Assembly (NCBI GenBank): GCA_002269645.1
Contig: NIVC01002092.1
Span: 145,327-209,326, forward strand
Length of the DNA: 64,000 bases
Direction: 5' to 3'
From: Macrostomum lignano
Lineage: Eukaryota
Positions 1 through 13,300 of this stretch are shown piece after piece; position 1 is the stretch's first letter, and the number at the start of each line of letters is the position of its first letter. The position numbers were made by a program, and so were the translations under genes. A model generated the notes under the pieces. The model ran no database searches and had not been told where the DNA came from. It saw only the letters and a list, made by a program, of their open reading frames with translations.

Positions 1-24
1 TAGGGGCGCCGACAATCGGCAACC

Positions 25-775
25 GTGCGACTGGAGCAGATGAACAAAAAGCTCGATAAGTTGATCGAATTGTGCAGCGCCCAGAGTCACGGTGGTAGGA
101 CGGTTGGACAGGCTACACAAGAAAACACGCGGCCTGAGGCTGAACCACAGGACAGGTTGATGGAGGAGCAAAATGGCATCGCGACTGGACAGGACGGCGA
201 TGAGGCGGCATGTACAAGTAATCTGGATGATGAGCTCCCGGCCGTAACAATAAACAAACAGCGACTCGACATCGCCATTCAGGCTAATGCTGCTGCGATC
301 GATGCTACGGCAGCCACCAAGCTTTGTTACTAAGGAGCTGCTAATCGAACTTATAGGTATGAAGGCTTTTCAAACTTAATTAACATGTCTGTCACTTCCT
401 TGCAAATATAAAGAAATGATTATCATAATTTGAAGTTTTAGGTTTTGCAATTTTATAATAATAAAAGCGCACTAAAGGTTCGCCATTTATAAAAGTTAAA
501 GTTCAACGGCACATTTATATTTGCTGTTTATTATCATATTTCAGGTCGTGATGCTCTTACATGCGACTCCGGCTCCTTTATGCAAGGACTACTTAAGTAG
601 ATGGATCGACGGAAGACTCAGAATTGGTGAAAATTTCATCGGAGGCCGATTTTTCAATGTATCTCCTGTGTACGCTATTGATCGACAATCCTCCGCCAGT
701 ACTGAGGCCCAGCTTGAAATGGCGAAGACGCTAGCTGTCCGCGGCGACTTACTCGACGAGCTGCTCGCCCCCTAG
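25..775 (+). other. Degenerate coding-like segment: a coiled-coil-like ORF (25-333) and a second ORF piece (543-775); identity unknown, possibly a TE or gene remnant
   Basis: GC-rich codon-like stretches separated by an AT-rich spacer with a GTATGA donor (~356) and a TTTCAG acceptor (~544). No family motif recognised with confidence. Confidence 0.2.
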
Positions 776-1573
776 AAGCTAAGTGTGTCAGCTAACTGCA
801 TTCATTTACAAAAAAATCTTATAACATAAAATTTTTTGGATATAAATGCGATTCCCAAAACACACTGCTTTTTTATTTCTTATTTTCTTCAGTTTCTACT
901 TATAGACATATTGTGAATACATTCACGCATTCGCTCTTTCCCACGCGCATCTCCAACTGATCACTGTTCATTTTTCTTGCATTATGGTTAAAATTAAATA
1001 AAGAAATAATCGAGATTGGAGACCGTGTAAAAATTAAGAAAAAATTCTACGTTTTCGTCATTAAACAGACTCGTATCCGTGATAAGAGTTATGTACTTTT
1101 GTTAAATTTAATTGTGTGAGAGTTAGCGTTGCTACGGCGGGAAAAAAACGGCCGAGATTTGGCGTCAGGGCTTCTAAATATGAAATTCCAAATTTACTAC
1201 TACTGCAAAAAACTTTGCGCACTACTAACCGCAGTAGATCAATTTGGACATAACTCCTAAATTTCCGCGACGCTCATTAAATTAAACAATTCTTCCGTCT
1301 TCCTACTTTAACTAGGAACGTCTTCCGACTTACCTGATTGGCTGGCTAACATGGAAGAATAGAGTGATTTTAAACCATGAATATGGCTTTCTGTTTTTTT
1401 CATGCACCGATCTGTTTCGCGATATTATTTTCGAGTTTGAAACAGTGCGTCAACATAGTGAAACAGCAGAAAACGATAGGGCCTACCTACAGCCAAAAGG
1501 GATACAAAATAGAGTCTAATAAGTAACAGTAACAGTTAAGGGACAGAAAACGCTGACATATGTCGCATAGAAA

Positions 1574-1780
1574 TTGATTCCAGTCTACTACTGTTGTGTG
1601 CGAAGTGTGAAACTCTGGGCCACCTGGTCAACAGACCTGTGCTCCAGGGACCACAATGTAAGGTTCAGCAGTTCTGCCGCAGGCCGTACCTCATTTGGTG
1701 GCACAATAAAACTTGGTGCTGCTGGTCGACCAGCCATGTTAAAGAAATTCGTGCAAATACGAGAGCGAGAGTCTAAGTGA
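1574..1780 (+). mobile_element. Possible degenerate zinc-knuckle (gag/ORF1-like) remnant of a non-LTR retrotransposon
   Basis: CAKCETLGH resembles a CX2CX4H knuckle. A second Cys/His piece (LCSRDH) lies in another frame. It sits just upstream of a LINE ORF2 remnant. Confidence 0.25.
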
Positions 1781-2309
1781 AGTCAGTTAAATCAGAATGT
1801 CTTTAACAGTGTTACTGTCACTGTTACTGTTACTGTACTTGTCTGACTCACAAGACCTAAATTTCTCAACGTCATGGCAATGGCTAGAGTTCCGGCACCG
1901 GAACCCATTTTCTAACAGCTACGGATCCGGCAGTGCCATTATAATATAGATAGAACATTATACTTTTCTTTCTACAGGTGGCTGATATTGAGATTTTGTT
2001 CTAGATTAAAATTTAAGACGATATGATAAGATTCGGGACGAGATGCTTCTAATATTCAGACTTCTTAAGATATGTTCTTAGCAGTCTTTATATGCTATGT
2101 CTTTATATGGCGTGCATATTCTGCTACTGCATGCACTATAGTTTTTAAAGTCTTCTGATTAAGCTTCAGTCAGCAAGCAAATCAAGCTTTCTGGCTTGTA
2201 CGAGCGATGGGCTCGGCATTCTAAAGCAAATCGAATCACCGTTAAAATTCCCTAGGCCTAGGTCGCAAATAATCCTCCATATTAGCAGGTGGCTCCATAT
2301 CAGCAACAG

Positions 2310-2680
2310 CCATATGCAGCTCCACTGGAACAATTTCACAGACTACAGGCAAACTCCCGCGTTCTGCAAAGCCTAACCTGAACAGAAAAGTTTCTGAATA
2401 CTCTGATCGCACTTTAAAAAAACCGACCTCAGGGAGATGTGCATGGTCCTAACCGGCTATGGATTCTTCCAGAGACATATCTCGTTGCGAACCGGTTTGC
2501 CCTCCCACATTATTTTCTGTGGCATGGAGAGGAGAGCATCACGTGACCTGTCCTAACTTCAAGGCGCGGCACAAACTTCGGCCAACAGCCTCATGCAGTT
2601 GGATGGACGAGCTGAACATCCCAGACAACATCCGTGATCTTTGCGCCTTCGTCCGAGATTCCGGCCGGATGTAGGTCGCC
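2310..2680 (+). mobile_element. 3' remnant of a non-LTR retrotransposon ORF2 (post-RNase H C-terminal Cys/His region), frameshifted
   Basis: Pieces across frames read HWNNFTDYRQT..., [24 protein letters not shown] and [12 protein letters not shown]. This matches the LTGH...HL...C..C..E...H....CP pattern of R1/LOA/I-type LINE C-termini. Confidence 0.55.
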
Positions 2681-4684
2681 AATGCCTCCTCCCCTGCAAA
2701 CCTGCCAATTACTGGTCTTTTTCTGTCCTGGGGGGGGGGGTTCAGCCTAATCGCGGCGCCTGCGTTCTCCGCAAGTAGTAAGTAAGCCTTTGATCGGCGC
2801 CAAGTGACTCGTAGACGACAGTAAATAAAAATCGACCAGGACGGCTACGTTGCTTTTAAATCTATAAGGAATGCAGTATCCTACGGACTTCTATTTTCAA
2901 AGGCGAACAAAATAAGAAACTGAAGGCAAATAAAGAAACGAAGGATAATTTATGCCAAGTAGGCAAGTAAAATAAGTAGCGCAGTGTTTACACACTATTT
3001 GCAGTTCCATATTGTTTAGAAGTTCTCTGATCACCATGAAACAGAAATATTTTAATGCATGCTCAAATCCAAGCAATAAATAAGATCAATTTGGGACTAT
3101 AGAAAAGCGTAAAAATGACAAGATGACGCAAGAATTGACAATAGCCTGTCAGCTAGCTAACAGTTTTGCAGAGAAAAATCATTGCTTAGCTTTGAATAAA
3201 CAATCTGCTAACAATCACGCAGTGTCATCCGGGAAGGGGAAGCGAGCTGGGGGGCAGAAGTTGAATGGAGCGCCAGCTGGATGAGTTAATTTGAATGCGT
3301 GTCTGTCTGTATATCTGCCTATCGACAAAGCAATAGAATTGAGAATTTGCTATCTATCTAGTCTTCTAGATATCTAATAAGCAACTCCATTGAATTTCAG
3401 CATCCCACAGGTTAAAGCTGTCGTCGCATGCACAAAACACAGGGGCACGTCAGTCATGCAAGTCACAATGTAACTCATCAGTGTGTCATTTTATTTCTTG
3501 AAGCATTTTAGTCAAAAACATGAAATATATTATATTGAGCCTACAGATACTGGCATGGGGACCCCATGCCGATAGTCCATGCAATACACAGGAACAGGCC
3601 ATCATTAATTTACACAAAGTAAAGAGAAAAACAATAATAGCACCTGCAGATTAAGGTGTGCATTTTTGTAGTCGGTCAATAAAAAAGTAAAATTGAGAAA
3701 CGTGGAGTCAGCGGTCACGTGGCCTTGCAAAGCGGAGTAGACAATAAAAAAATTAATTAATTAAATATGTTGGGAAATCCCTGCGATAAGAGGTGAAGAA
3801 GCAGCCACTCAGTCATAGGCTTACAGTTTTGGTATAGATAAAGCTTTATTCATAGGCAATGATAATAACAGCTAGGCAGGCCAACCAGAGCGTGAAGCTA
3901 CTTTCCAATTCAGTAGTATCTATCTCTGCTTCTTCCTCGCATCCTATTGGTCCATTGATCCGTCCAATCAGCGCCCCTGGCGTCTATCTAGTAGTAGGCC
4001 TAGTGGAATCTCTAACCCTGGTTTTATTGCTTAGTACATTAGCCGCGATTGCAAATGTACATAGCTTCTATCACGTGATTAGAATTTAAAATTGACCTTT
4101 CCTCAGCAAAAAGTAACTGTCTTATTTACTTGCTACTCAATGAAAAGTAGCAAAACTGGAATATCTAGTTTATTATCTTTGCTACATGCGTAAAGAGTTG
4201 CGGAATAAATGTGAAAAATAAAACATCATTAGTTTGATGAAATTGCGGGCAAAACACACACACAGAGCTTGTCATGGAGACATTAAATTTAAGCAAGCAC
4301 ATCCGACGCTTACTATGAGCGATTTCTATGCAAAGATGATCGATTTCCAGTTCGACCAATATTAAATATGCAATGCCACCAAATATGTGATAACAGAAAA
4401 CAATCTAGAGCAAATATTTTGACAATGCTACTTATAAGTAGTTTGATGCAGATAGCACTAAGTAGTCAGTTTTTAGAGGCGTATATGAATTGCGCAGAAT
4501 TGGTACAGAAACAGCCATTTGGACAGGTGTTAAATTAGATTTACAGAAAATCAATAGTTAAATAAATAAGCACATTAACACTCTCTGATTGACTGTGACT
4601 GATTTGATCGAAGAAAGAGCACATAGATACTGATTTACTATTGTTACTATAAGTAGTGCGTTGGTAAAGCAAGAGCTGCAGCCG

Positions 4685-5266
4685 TCATTCCGGTGGCAGC
4701 AGGCCAATATTGGCGGCGAACTCCAGCAGGGCCAGGTGGCAGAACACGTACTGCTCGGCTGTCTGGATGGAGCCGGCTCGCTGTTCCCTCAGCTTCAGCA
4801 CGGTGCCAAGCAGGTCCACCTCGCCGGTGTCAACCAGGCGCCGCATAGCGATGTCGACAGTCAGGAAGGTGCCAGTCCGCCCGATGCCAGCCGAGCAGTG
4901 CACCAGCACGGGGCCGCGGCGCTCCTTTGCCACGCTGCGAACTTGATCGAGGAATTTCAGGAAGGATCCGGCGGCGTGCGGGATGCCAAAGTCCGGCCAG
5001 CTGGTGAACTGCAGGTGAGTGACGCTCCGGCAGCTGTCACGCTGCGTTATCGTCAGCTCGGTAGTTACTAAATCCTCTTGATCGTCTACTGATTGACACG
5101 TGACTGTGACGTCGCCGTACGTCTGCGACTCGCCTGGCGACTTCGGCCAGTACAGCGCGCACTTGGTTCGCCTGCCCTCCACTAGGCGGGTTGTCATGAC
5201 GATGACGCCCACGTTGTTCTGCCAGACCATCGACCAGAAGTCCGGCACTGTGTGCGGCAGGGGGCC
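4685..5266 (-). CDS. PTPN9: PTPN9/MEG2-like phosphatase, last exon (PTP catalytic domain)
   Basis: Acceptor ccccacAG|GGC CCC at 5267. Reads GPLPHTVPDFWSMVWQ, WPD loop (WPDFGIP), signature VHCSAGIGRTG and Q-loop SIQTAEQY. Stop TGA at 4687-4685. Confidence 0.93.
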   Translation of the reverse strand, partial: GPLPHTVPDFWSMVWQNNVGVIVMTTRLVEGRRTKCALYWPKSPGESQTYGDVTVTCQSVDDQEDLVTTELTITQRDSCRSVTHLQFTSWPDFGIPHAAGSFLKFLDQVRSVAKERRGPVLVHCSAGIGRTGTFLTVDIAMRRLVDTGEVDLLGTVLKLREQRAGSIQTAEQYVFCHLALLEFAANIGLLPPE

Positions 5267-5288
5267 CTGTGGGGTTTGAGATAGGAAC

Positions 5289-5530
5289 GGATTCGTGTGA
5301 CCTGGAATTCGGATTGGAGACACCTGGGATTCGGATTGGAGACACCTGGGATTCGGATTGGAGACACCTGGGATTTGGATAGGAGACACCTGGGATTTGG
5401 ATTGGAGACACCTGGGATTTAGAATGGAGATACCTGGAATTCAGGATGGAGATACCTGGAATTTAGAATGGAGATACCTGGGATTCAGGATGGAGATACC
5501 TGGAATTTAGAATGGAGATACCTGGGACTC
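5289..5530. repeat. 22-bp minisatellite (GGATTGGAGACACCTGGGATTC-like, about 11 copies) filling most of a 284-nt PTPN9 intron
   Basis: Tandem units directly visible between acceptor 5267 and donor 5550. Confidence 0.9.
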
Positions 5531-5550
5531 CAGACAGTCGTTGCCTTTAC

Positions 5551-6333
5551 CTGAGTGCAAATGTAGGCATTGGCCTGCTGGTAGCCATCCACCCAGTTGG
5601 CGTGCACATAATCCGAGTCACCGCCTTTCAGCCGCACCCGGCTAGCATCCAGACAGGGCACATCGGCGTACCGGTTCCTGTCCCGGTTGCGGCGAAACGC
5701 GTCGCAAGGCCGGTCGCTGCCCCGGTCGGGGCCCAGCTTGCTGTTGAATTCCTCAACCAGGCCTTCCCGTTGCATAGCAGAGATGCGGGCAGCGAAGGCG
5801 GCCAGCGACATGCTTTTGCTTCGCGTATTCTTGTCGTCGTTGATTTTCGAGCCGCCGTCGCCGCTTCTCTTCTTCGACGGCGAATTGCCGCCGCTGCCGC
5901 CGCTGACGCCGCCGCCGTCGATGCTGGGTGACCGCTTCCGGCTGGAGCTGCCGTTGCCGCTGGCGCCGCTGGCGATGACAACGGAGTCCGTCATGCTGAC
6001 GCTGCCGTCAAGCAGCCAGTCGCCGCCTCCGCCGCCGCCAACGCCTCGGCCAGTTCCGGCGCTGCCGGAATCGTCAGTAAGGCTGCTGGTGTCGGAGGCG
6101 GCGCCTGACCCAGATTGGAGCCCGCCGCCGACGCCGCCGCGAGTGAAATAATCGGGCGGCAGGGTGCGGCCCATTCGGCGGCAGGCCTCGCGCAGCCAGG
6201 CCTGGTGGTCGTGCGCCCGGGTGCCGCCCAGGCTGCCTGGCAGAACCTCCAGCGGCAGGTGGCTGCTGATGGTGCTGCTGTTCACTATGAACACCCGGTC
6301 GCGTGGCTTTTCGCGCACGAACATCCGCAACAC
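5551..6333 (-). CDS. PTPN9: PTPN9/MEG2-like phosphatase, internal exon (end of Sec14 domain, Gly/Ser linker, start of PTP domain)
   Basis: Acceptor ctctcAG|GTG at 6334; donor ACT CAG|GTAAAG at 5550; both phase 0. Motifs HLPLEVLPGSLGG, RNRYADVPCLDASRV and DYVHANWVDGY...AYICTQ. Confidence 0.92.
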
Positions 6334-6351
6334 CTGAGAGATGGCGAATGA

Positions 6352-6373
6352 ATAGATAGATAGATAGATAGAC

Positions 6374-6408
<35 letters not shown>

Positions 6409-6409
6409 C

Positions 6410-6456
<47 letters not shown>

Positions 6457-6457
6457 C

Positions 6458-6508
<51 letters not shown>

Positions 6509-6509
6509 C

Positions 6510-6588
<79 letters not shown>

Positions 6589-6589
6589 C

Positions 6590-6620
<31 letters not shown>

Positions 6621-6621
6621 C

Positions 6622-6660
<39 letters not shown>

Positions 6661-6710
6661 CAGATAGATAGATAGATAGATAGATGGATAGATGGATAGA
6701 TGGATAGATG

Positions 6711-6744
<34 letters not shown>

Positions 6745-6797
6745 CAGATAGATAGACAGGCAGACAGACAGGCAGACAGACAGACAGGCAGACAGGC

Positions 6798-6830
<33 letters not shown>

Positions 6831-6837
6831 GGCAGGC

Positions 6838-6906
<69 letters not shown>
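6352..6906. repeat. Compound (GATA)n/(GACA)n microsatellite in a PTPN9 intron
   Basis: Direct inspection. Confidence 0.97.
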
Positions 6907-6908
<2 letters not shown>

Positions 6909-8025
6909 GTGCATGAATAGATAAGACTCCGACTAGAGAAAAATCAACTGAGAATCAGGAAAAGAAAATGATCTGGGAAATTAAAAGGAAGGCCCATTGA
7001 AGAAGCACGCACAAAAACCGGGATTAAGAAGCAGCAAAGAAGCCGAAGCAGCGCTTTCATCTAATTAATTTTACATAAGGCAGTTCGCCTATGCAGTGCA
7101 ATTATGAAGCTTATTTTCAACCTTTTCTCTGACTTGATTAAGCTGCCCAATAATGAACAATTTTTCAGTTACAGCCAGCAAGTACAGTGCAAGGGATAAG
7201 CAAGCAGACACTGTTTAATAACGAAGAAGTTACCCAACTTAAGTCTAAAAACGGTAAAGCAGGAAATCTCGCACGCATACTTATGCATCCCCTCACTGAG
7301 CTGAGCTCACAGAGATGATGCCTGATTAGTTCCTCACTACTTTCCCATCCCCCCAGTGCATACGAGATTACTATAGCGCCAAGAGTCTCTGAAGCGAAAT
7401 AAACGCTTAAGCCGCTCTCTCTCCCGCCGCGGGTCCCCTCATCAACAGTAAAGCCCGTATAGTCGGGCTGGCAATAAAAGTACAAGCCTGTTGTAGACTT
7501 AAACTAACTGAGTAGACTGTACGTCTAACATGGGACCGGCTTCGATTATAATAGTAAATTAATATATGAAGCTAGTGATAAAATTTCGAGACAACTCTGG
7601 GTAAACGGCTAGAGCAATTATGGCTGTCTTTAAAGTTTTAAATCCCTCGCCATCTAATGATTTTAGAAAATTTAATATAATATTCAAATCAGTGTTGAAA
7701 TTCTCCTGATTATCAGCCATGGCCCTAACAAGAGTGTGTCCATAGTTTCAGAGCTCTATTCATGCCGAATCTCTGCCGTACCTCTGCTCATTCAGCTATA
7801 AAACATGCCTTAAATACACTGAAGCAGGAGAGAAATTAATGCCGAACAATGTTAGCAATTGTCCCACGAATTTTATTGGCCTTAACTGAAGAAACTCTAC
7901 TATAATAATAATAACTAAAGCAGACTTCTCACGATATTTTTATACGCACAAACGTTATTCTCTTGTCTAATATACTCGTAAATCGCGGGTCAGCTTAGCT
8001 TAGCTTATATGTGGATGGGGCGCAT

Positions 8026-8202
8026 TAAGCGCGCATTTAAAATGCACGAGTCTGGCATAAGCGCGCGTTTAAAATGCACGAGTCTGGCATAAGCGCGCGT
8101 TTAAAATGCACGAGTCTGGCATAAGCGCGCGTTTAAAATGCACGAGTCTGGCATAAGCGCGCGTTTAAAATTCACGAGTCTGGCATAAGCGCGCATTTAA
8201 AA
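8026..8202. repeat. 32-bp tandem repeat (TAAGCGCGCGTTTAAAATGCACGAGTCTGGCA), about 5.5 copies
   Basis: Direct inspection. Confidence 0.9.
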
Positions 8203-8754
8203 TCGAACTTCATGTAAAATTGTGCTCTTCTGTCTCAGTCGTACAAATTGCCTGCGCGCTTCTTTACAAACTTTCAAACCCTTTCCTAGAACCCAAACCA
8301 TAATAACCCTCACTGCCTAAATTGCCGACAGCCACATGACTGACATTCGTAACTACTTGGATGTAATTTTGAATTAAAATTTACAAATTCAAACTTTTTA
8401 CGCTGCCCTTAATATTGAAAGTTTCATTCAACGCGAATTTATCGAGTCAACCTGCTAGCACTGGGCACCCAGCTGTAGCCAAAAGCCACAAGTGTACATT
8501 CAGGCTAGTTAAGATAAACATTAAACTATAGTCAGCAGTGTTGATTGAAACCAGACTAAATTAAAAGCCTCTAAACATAGAAGAAACTTGAAGATTTTCC
8601 ACCAGAAAGTGCTGCTGCGGCTGCAAATAGTTTCCGGAGTGGGGCTTAGAAAACAAAGCCAGGGTCACAAGCAGAGCCTGTAGGTCTGTACAATCGTTCA
8701 TTGGTAAGAACTGCGTAAATCAATCAAGTCAGACATGTGTTTCACTTCAATTTG

Positions 8755-8860
8755 CTCAATGGGGGAGTTGCTGAAATGCCATGGCTCAATGGGGGAGTTG
8801 CTGAGATGCCATGGATCAATGGGGGAGCTGCTGAAATGCCATGGCTCAATGGGGGAGTTG
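8755..8860. repeat. 30-bp tandem repeat (CTCAATGGGGGAGTTGCTGAAATGCCATGG), about 3.5 copies, just inside the intron after a PTPN9 donor
   Basis: Direct inspection. Confidence 0.88.
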
Positions 8861-8892
8861 AATATTAAAATCGAAGCCAGCTCGCGTCTCAC

Positions 8893-9444
8893 CTGAAACG
8901 GAGCCTTGAACCAAATAGGCGCGGTCACAATCAGCACCTTCTTCAGCCTGGCGGGATAATTGCCCTTGAGCATATTAAGTATCCGAATGCTCAAATCGTA
9001 GTCAAAGTTGCCGTACTTGGAGCCGGTCATGTCGTAGACGAACACGAGGCCGTTCTCCTGGGCCGAGTCGACGGCTAGGGCGGCGTCCAGCTGAAAGATG
9101 AGGCTCTTCAGGGTGTCCCGGTGCGTGGTCTCGGGTGGCCGGTGCCTGCAGGCGGTGAACAGGGCCACTACTGAGTCACTGGAACTCTGTCCGGGCACGA
9201 TGGTGAGCTTCTCGGACAGCAGTTCAGCTCGGACGCCTTCGTCGCAGGGATCGATGTGCTCAAAGTATTCAACGCGGCGGAGTTTCTCGTGCGCAGCAAA
9301 TAAATCAACGGCTCGTTGAACGTCCCACTTTCTGGCGCGGAGAAATTTTAACGAGACGGCGCGCTGTTGCGACTCGGACAGGAGGCGGAGGCGGTCGCCG
9401 CAGTGCGGGATTTGCCGGATCCGGTCGGCAAAGTTTTGCAGAGC
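8893..9444 (-). CDS. PTPN9: PTPN9/MEG2-like phosphatase, 5'-most recognisable exon (CRAL-TRIO/Sec14 domain); no in-frame start codon at its 5' end
   Basis: Acceptor gctaAG|GCT CTG at 9445; donor TTT CAG|GTGAGA at 8892. Reads ALQNF...KFLRARKWDVQRAVDLF...GLVFVYDMTGSKYGNFDYDL...PARLKKVLIVTAPIWF, closely like the MEG2 Sec14 domain. Confidence 0.9.
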
Positions 9445-11575
9445 CTTAGCAGTTTTAAAATTAGATTTATAGTTATTTTACAATTGAGTAAACGGCGGGA
9501 GTAACTTAACGCCTCGTCATGTTATTAGCAAGCTCAAGTCTAAAATCTTATATCGAGGTTTTTGTTGGGATCCAATTAACAGGTATGGCACTGAATTCAC
9601 ACCCAGAACCCAATTCAAAAGTTCATTTTTAAAAATTTATTTCTGGATTTTGCATTTGTTTGACAAAAAATGCCAGATTATTGATACTTATACTTAATCT
9701 TACTTAATATAATTGATATTTTGTAAAAACAAGCAAGGTAGCTACAAAAAGGCAATATCATTTAAACTAAGCATCCTTACAAAAATGTATATATCTGAAC
9801 ATAACTACCTGTGACAAATATTTTAATAGATTTAGAATAACAATAGCTTTTTAACCACAACAAATATGAATATATTTATTAGCTATCTATTAAACATATA
9901 CCAAATACATTTTATATGGCTATATTTAGTCATTCATTATTTGAGATCTTTAACAAAATAATACATGTAGTCTCAGACAGTTATGTTCAGATGTGTCTAA
10001 TTAAAATTAAAATCTGTATCTGAAATTAAAGATAAACAAATTTTTATCTAAAATGAAGCCTCGAGTCAAAATTCAATCAAATGTGATTAAATATTAGGAA
10101 TAACTATATTTATTTTATGATAAAGGAGCAAACCTATTTTATTTTTTTATAAAAAATCTTAGGCATCTTATATGTGACCATATATAAATACATGGTCAAT
10201 GCATTTATGAATAATAAATTATGAATAATAATGAATTTTATATATATACATAGGCACTATGATATACATAGATATACATAGATCCTATGGAAGGATCCAT
10301 AGCACAAGCTATCACAAAGACATTACTGATAATTTAACTAATAACTATATAAAGTATAAGTTTAAAATTCTTTAATACATTGGGATTATTCAAAGAAATA
10401 GAAGATAAACTCTAGAACAAGTTAGTGGGATATTTAAAGATGGAGGTAAAACCATTGATGCCTATTAGAGTGTATATACTGTGATGGGATATCTAGATCT
10501 TATATCTAACAGTATCATAACATATTGTTATAGGATATATATCCTACATTTACCAGAGTGTTTTTACCTAGCTTATCTAGCTAGTATAAATAATGATAAA
10601 CTGAGTATAATATAAACTAAATATAAACCATGATAAATTAAATTCTGTGAAGATAGTCTTAATTTTTATGCAAAGATTCCATCTTGGCTTATCTATAGTT
10701 GCAGGCATGGCTTTAGTAGAATCCCAAGAAAAAACATGAAAGGCCTTTTTTTAATAATTATCACTTACATTTTTAAAGGCAACTGTTATTTCTCTAGTGA
10801 CTAGACAAATAGCAACATGGTTATTTGTCCAGTTACTAGACAAATAGCCATCTTACTATTTGTCTAGTCCATAGTCCCAAGTGTACAACATATATGCCAG
10901 AATTTTTTTGCTCCGCATGTTGCATGCAGAAGGATTGGATCAAATCTAACTAGTGTGCGCCAATGGACCCTAGGGGTGGGGAAGAGGGTTGCAAGTTGGG
11001 GTGCTGCAACAATCAAGCTTTTTTTGTGTTCCAAATTTTATCTTACTCTGCAGAAAAACAACACTTTTAGAAATGCTTACCATAGGAAATGACCTAAATA
11101 TATTTATTTGCTTTTTAGTTAATAAACTATCTATGCCTTTTTTTAACATTTATTATGATACTCAATTTCCATCTTTTTTGTGGTAAAAATTTGAATTTTA
11201 ATTCACTATTTCTTAACTTTATATATACAAAATGTTATACAAAAATAATTAGTTTTTTGCTTTATAACTTTATCTAAATAAAATCTAATATCTAAATCAC
11301 TATTCTAGTAGTACTGATACAACATTTATAATCTGAAGCTGTGTATAAAGTAATGTTCAGCATATACCAAAAATGGGTCATTTTTTCAAGGTACATATAG
11401 ACTATTCCAAACTATAATAATAGCTAGCTCTAAATATGGTGCTATGCAAAGCATACCAAAAAAACTTTGCCAACTCCTTGATGCATGCTATGCATGTGGT
11501 ATTAAACTGCCTTAGACCTTTTTATACACAAGAATTTCCTCTAAAAACAGCATATTTAAGAGTATGGTATTGATT

Positions 11576-11975
11576 CAGTAGCATAGCTAAGGGGGAAGGA
11601 TACAGGGATATATCCCTCTCCCTATTTTGATGATTTATAGGAAATGAAAATTAGGTTTTTTTTAAAATGCAAAATAAAGTGGCTTAGACTTAGCAAAATG
11701 GCTAAAAGTAGGTCTATTTCACTTTTAAATTACTAATAAAATGTTTTAAACAATATTTCTGCAAATCTCTAATCCTTAAAATGTCTAGTCAGGATAGACA
11801 TCTACTGGCTATATTCTAATTTTAACAAAATAAAGTTTTTTGCTTAAAAAACAAGATTTGATACTTGTATATTGCAAATTTTAAGCAAAAATGCAAAAAA
11901 CTTTTTTATTAGTTTATAATAAATTTTGTCCCTAAAAGTTATCTCCCCCTTTTCAAAATCCTAGCTATGCCATTG
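11576..11975. mobile_element. MITE-like element with short TIRs (CAGTAGCATAGCTAAG ... CTAGCTATGCCATTG), hAT-like termini
   Basis: Imperfect ~16-bp inverted termini around an AT-rich non-coding interior. No clear TSD seen. Confidence 0.45.
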
Positions 11976-12184
11976 AATCTGGTTAATACCTTTAGATAGG
12001 CCTTTTTCCTATTTTAATTAATTTGTTATACTACTATAAGCCTAGTATATTCAAATATATACTAGCAATTTTCGCCCCCCCCCCCAATGGGGGACATCTC
12101 GATAGAATCCTTGTTCTTTACAAATAACAAATAGACAGCAAAAAAGCCTTTATAAGAAAACAACAGACATTCACTCTAAAAACA

Positions 12185-12620
12185 AAACATCCCAAGACAG
12201 CAAGCATCCCCAGACAGCATTCAAGCATCAATCACCAAAAAGCAAGCATCCCCCAGACTGCAAGCATCTCCCAGATAGCAAGCATCCCCCAGATAGCAAG
12301 CACCCCCCCCCCCCCGGATAGCAAGCATCCCCCAGATAGCAAGCATAACCTAGATACAAAGAGACCTTATAGATATCTAGCAACCCCCTCTCGGATAGCA
12401 AGTACCCCCCCAACCCCCCCCCCCAAGAGCAAGCATCTCCCAATAGCAAGTTACCCTAGTAGCAAGCATCCTTCCGATAGCAAGCATCCCTCAGATAGCA
12501 AGTATCCCTCAGATAGCAAGCATCCCTCAGATAGCAAGTATCCCTCAGATAGCAAGCATCCCACTAATAGCAAGTATCTATCCTTAAATAGCAAGCATCC
12601 ACCAGAGAACAAGTAGTTAG
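12185..12620. repeat. Degenerate ~18-bp satellite (ATAGCAAGCATCCCCCAG-like), 'satellite A'
   Basis: Recurrent GCAAGCATCC core; recurs at ~15620-15700 and ~18115-18170. Confidence 0.85.
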
Positions 12621-12699
12621 TGCAACAATTTAGTTAGTGCAACAATTTCCTTAGCTTTATAGTGGCTCCATTTTGTTTGGCATGACACTTTTTTATGTT

Positions 12700-13300
12700 T
12701 GAAATGGTGTTTCTGTTATGTTTGAATTGGTGGCACTTTATTGTTTGACATGGCAGTTCTTCTATGTTTGACATGGTGTCTCTTCTATGTTTGACATGCT
12801 GGCTCTTTTGTGTTTGACATGATAGCTCTTTAATGTTTGACATGGTGGCTATTCTATGTTTGACATGATAGCACTTTAATGTTTGATATGGTGGCTCTTC
12901 TATGTTTGCCATGGCGGCCCTTTTATGTTTGAAATGGTGGCTCTTTAATGTTTGACATGGAAACATGTGTATATGTTTGACATGATGGCTCTTTAATGAT
13001 TTACATGGAGTCACATATATGATTGACATGGTGGCTTTTTTATGTTTGACATGGTGGCTCTTTTATGTTTGACATGGTGGCTCTTTAATGTTTGACACAG
13101 AGTCACGTATATGTTTGACATGGTGGCTCCTTAATGTTCGACATGGTGGCTCTTTAATGTTTGACATGGAGTCACGTATATGTTTGACATGGTGGCTCTT
13201 TTATGTTTGGCATGGTGGCTCTTTTATGTTTGGCATGGTGGCTCTTTTATGTTCGACATGGTGACTCTTTTGTGTTTGGCATTGCACTTCTTTTATGTTT
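12700..13300. repeat. Degenerate ~23-bp satellite (ATGTTTGACATGGTGGCTCTTTT-like), 'satellite B'
   Basis: Recurrent TGTTTGACATG core. Confidence 0.88.

Noticed and set aside
4661-6351. Several + strand ORFs overlapping PTPN9
   Set aside because: They are antisense shadows of GC-rich exons with no recognisable motifs.
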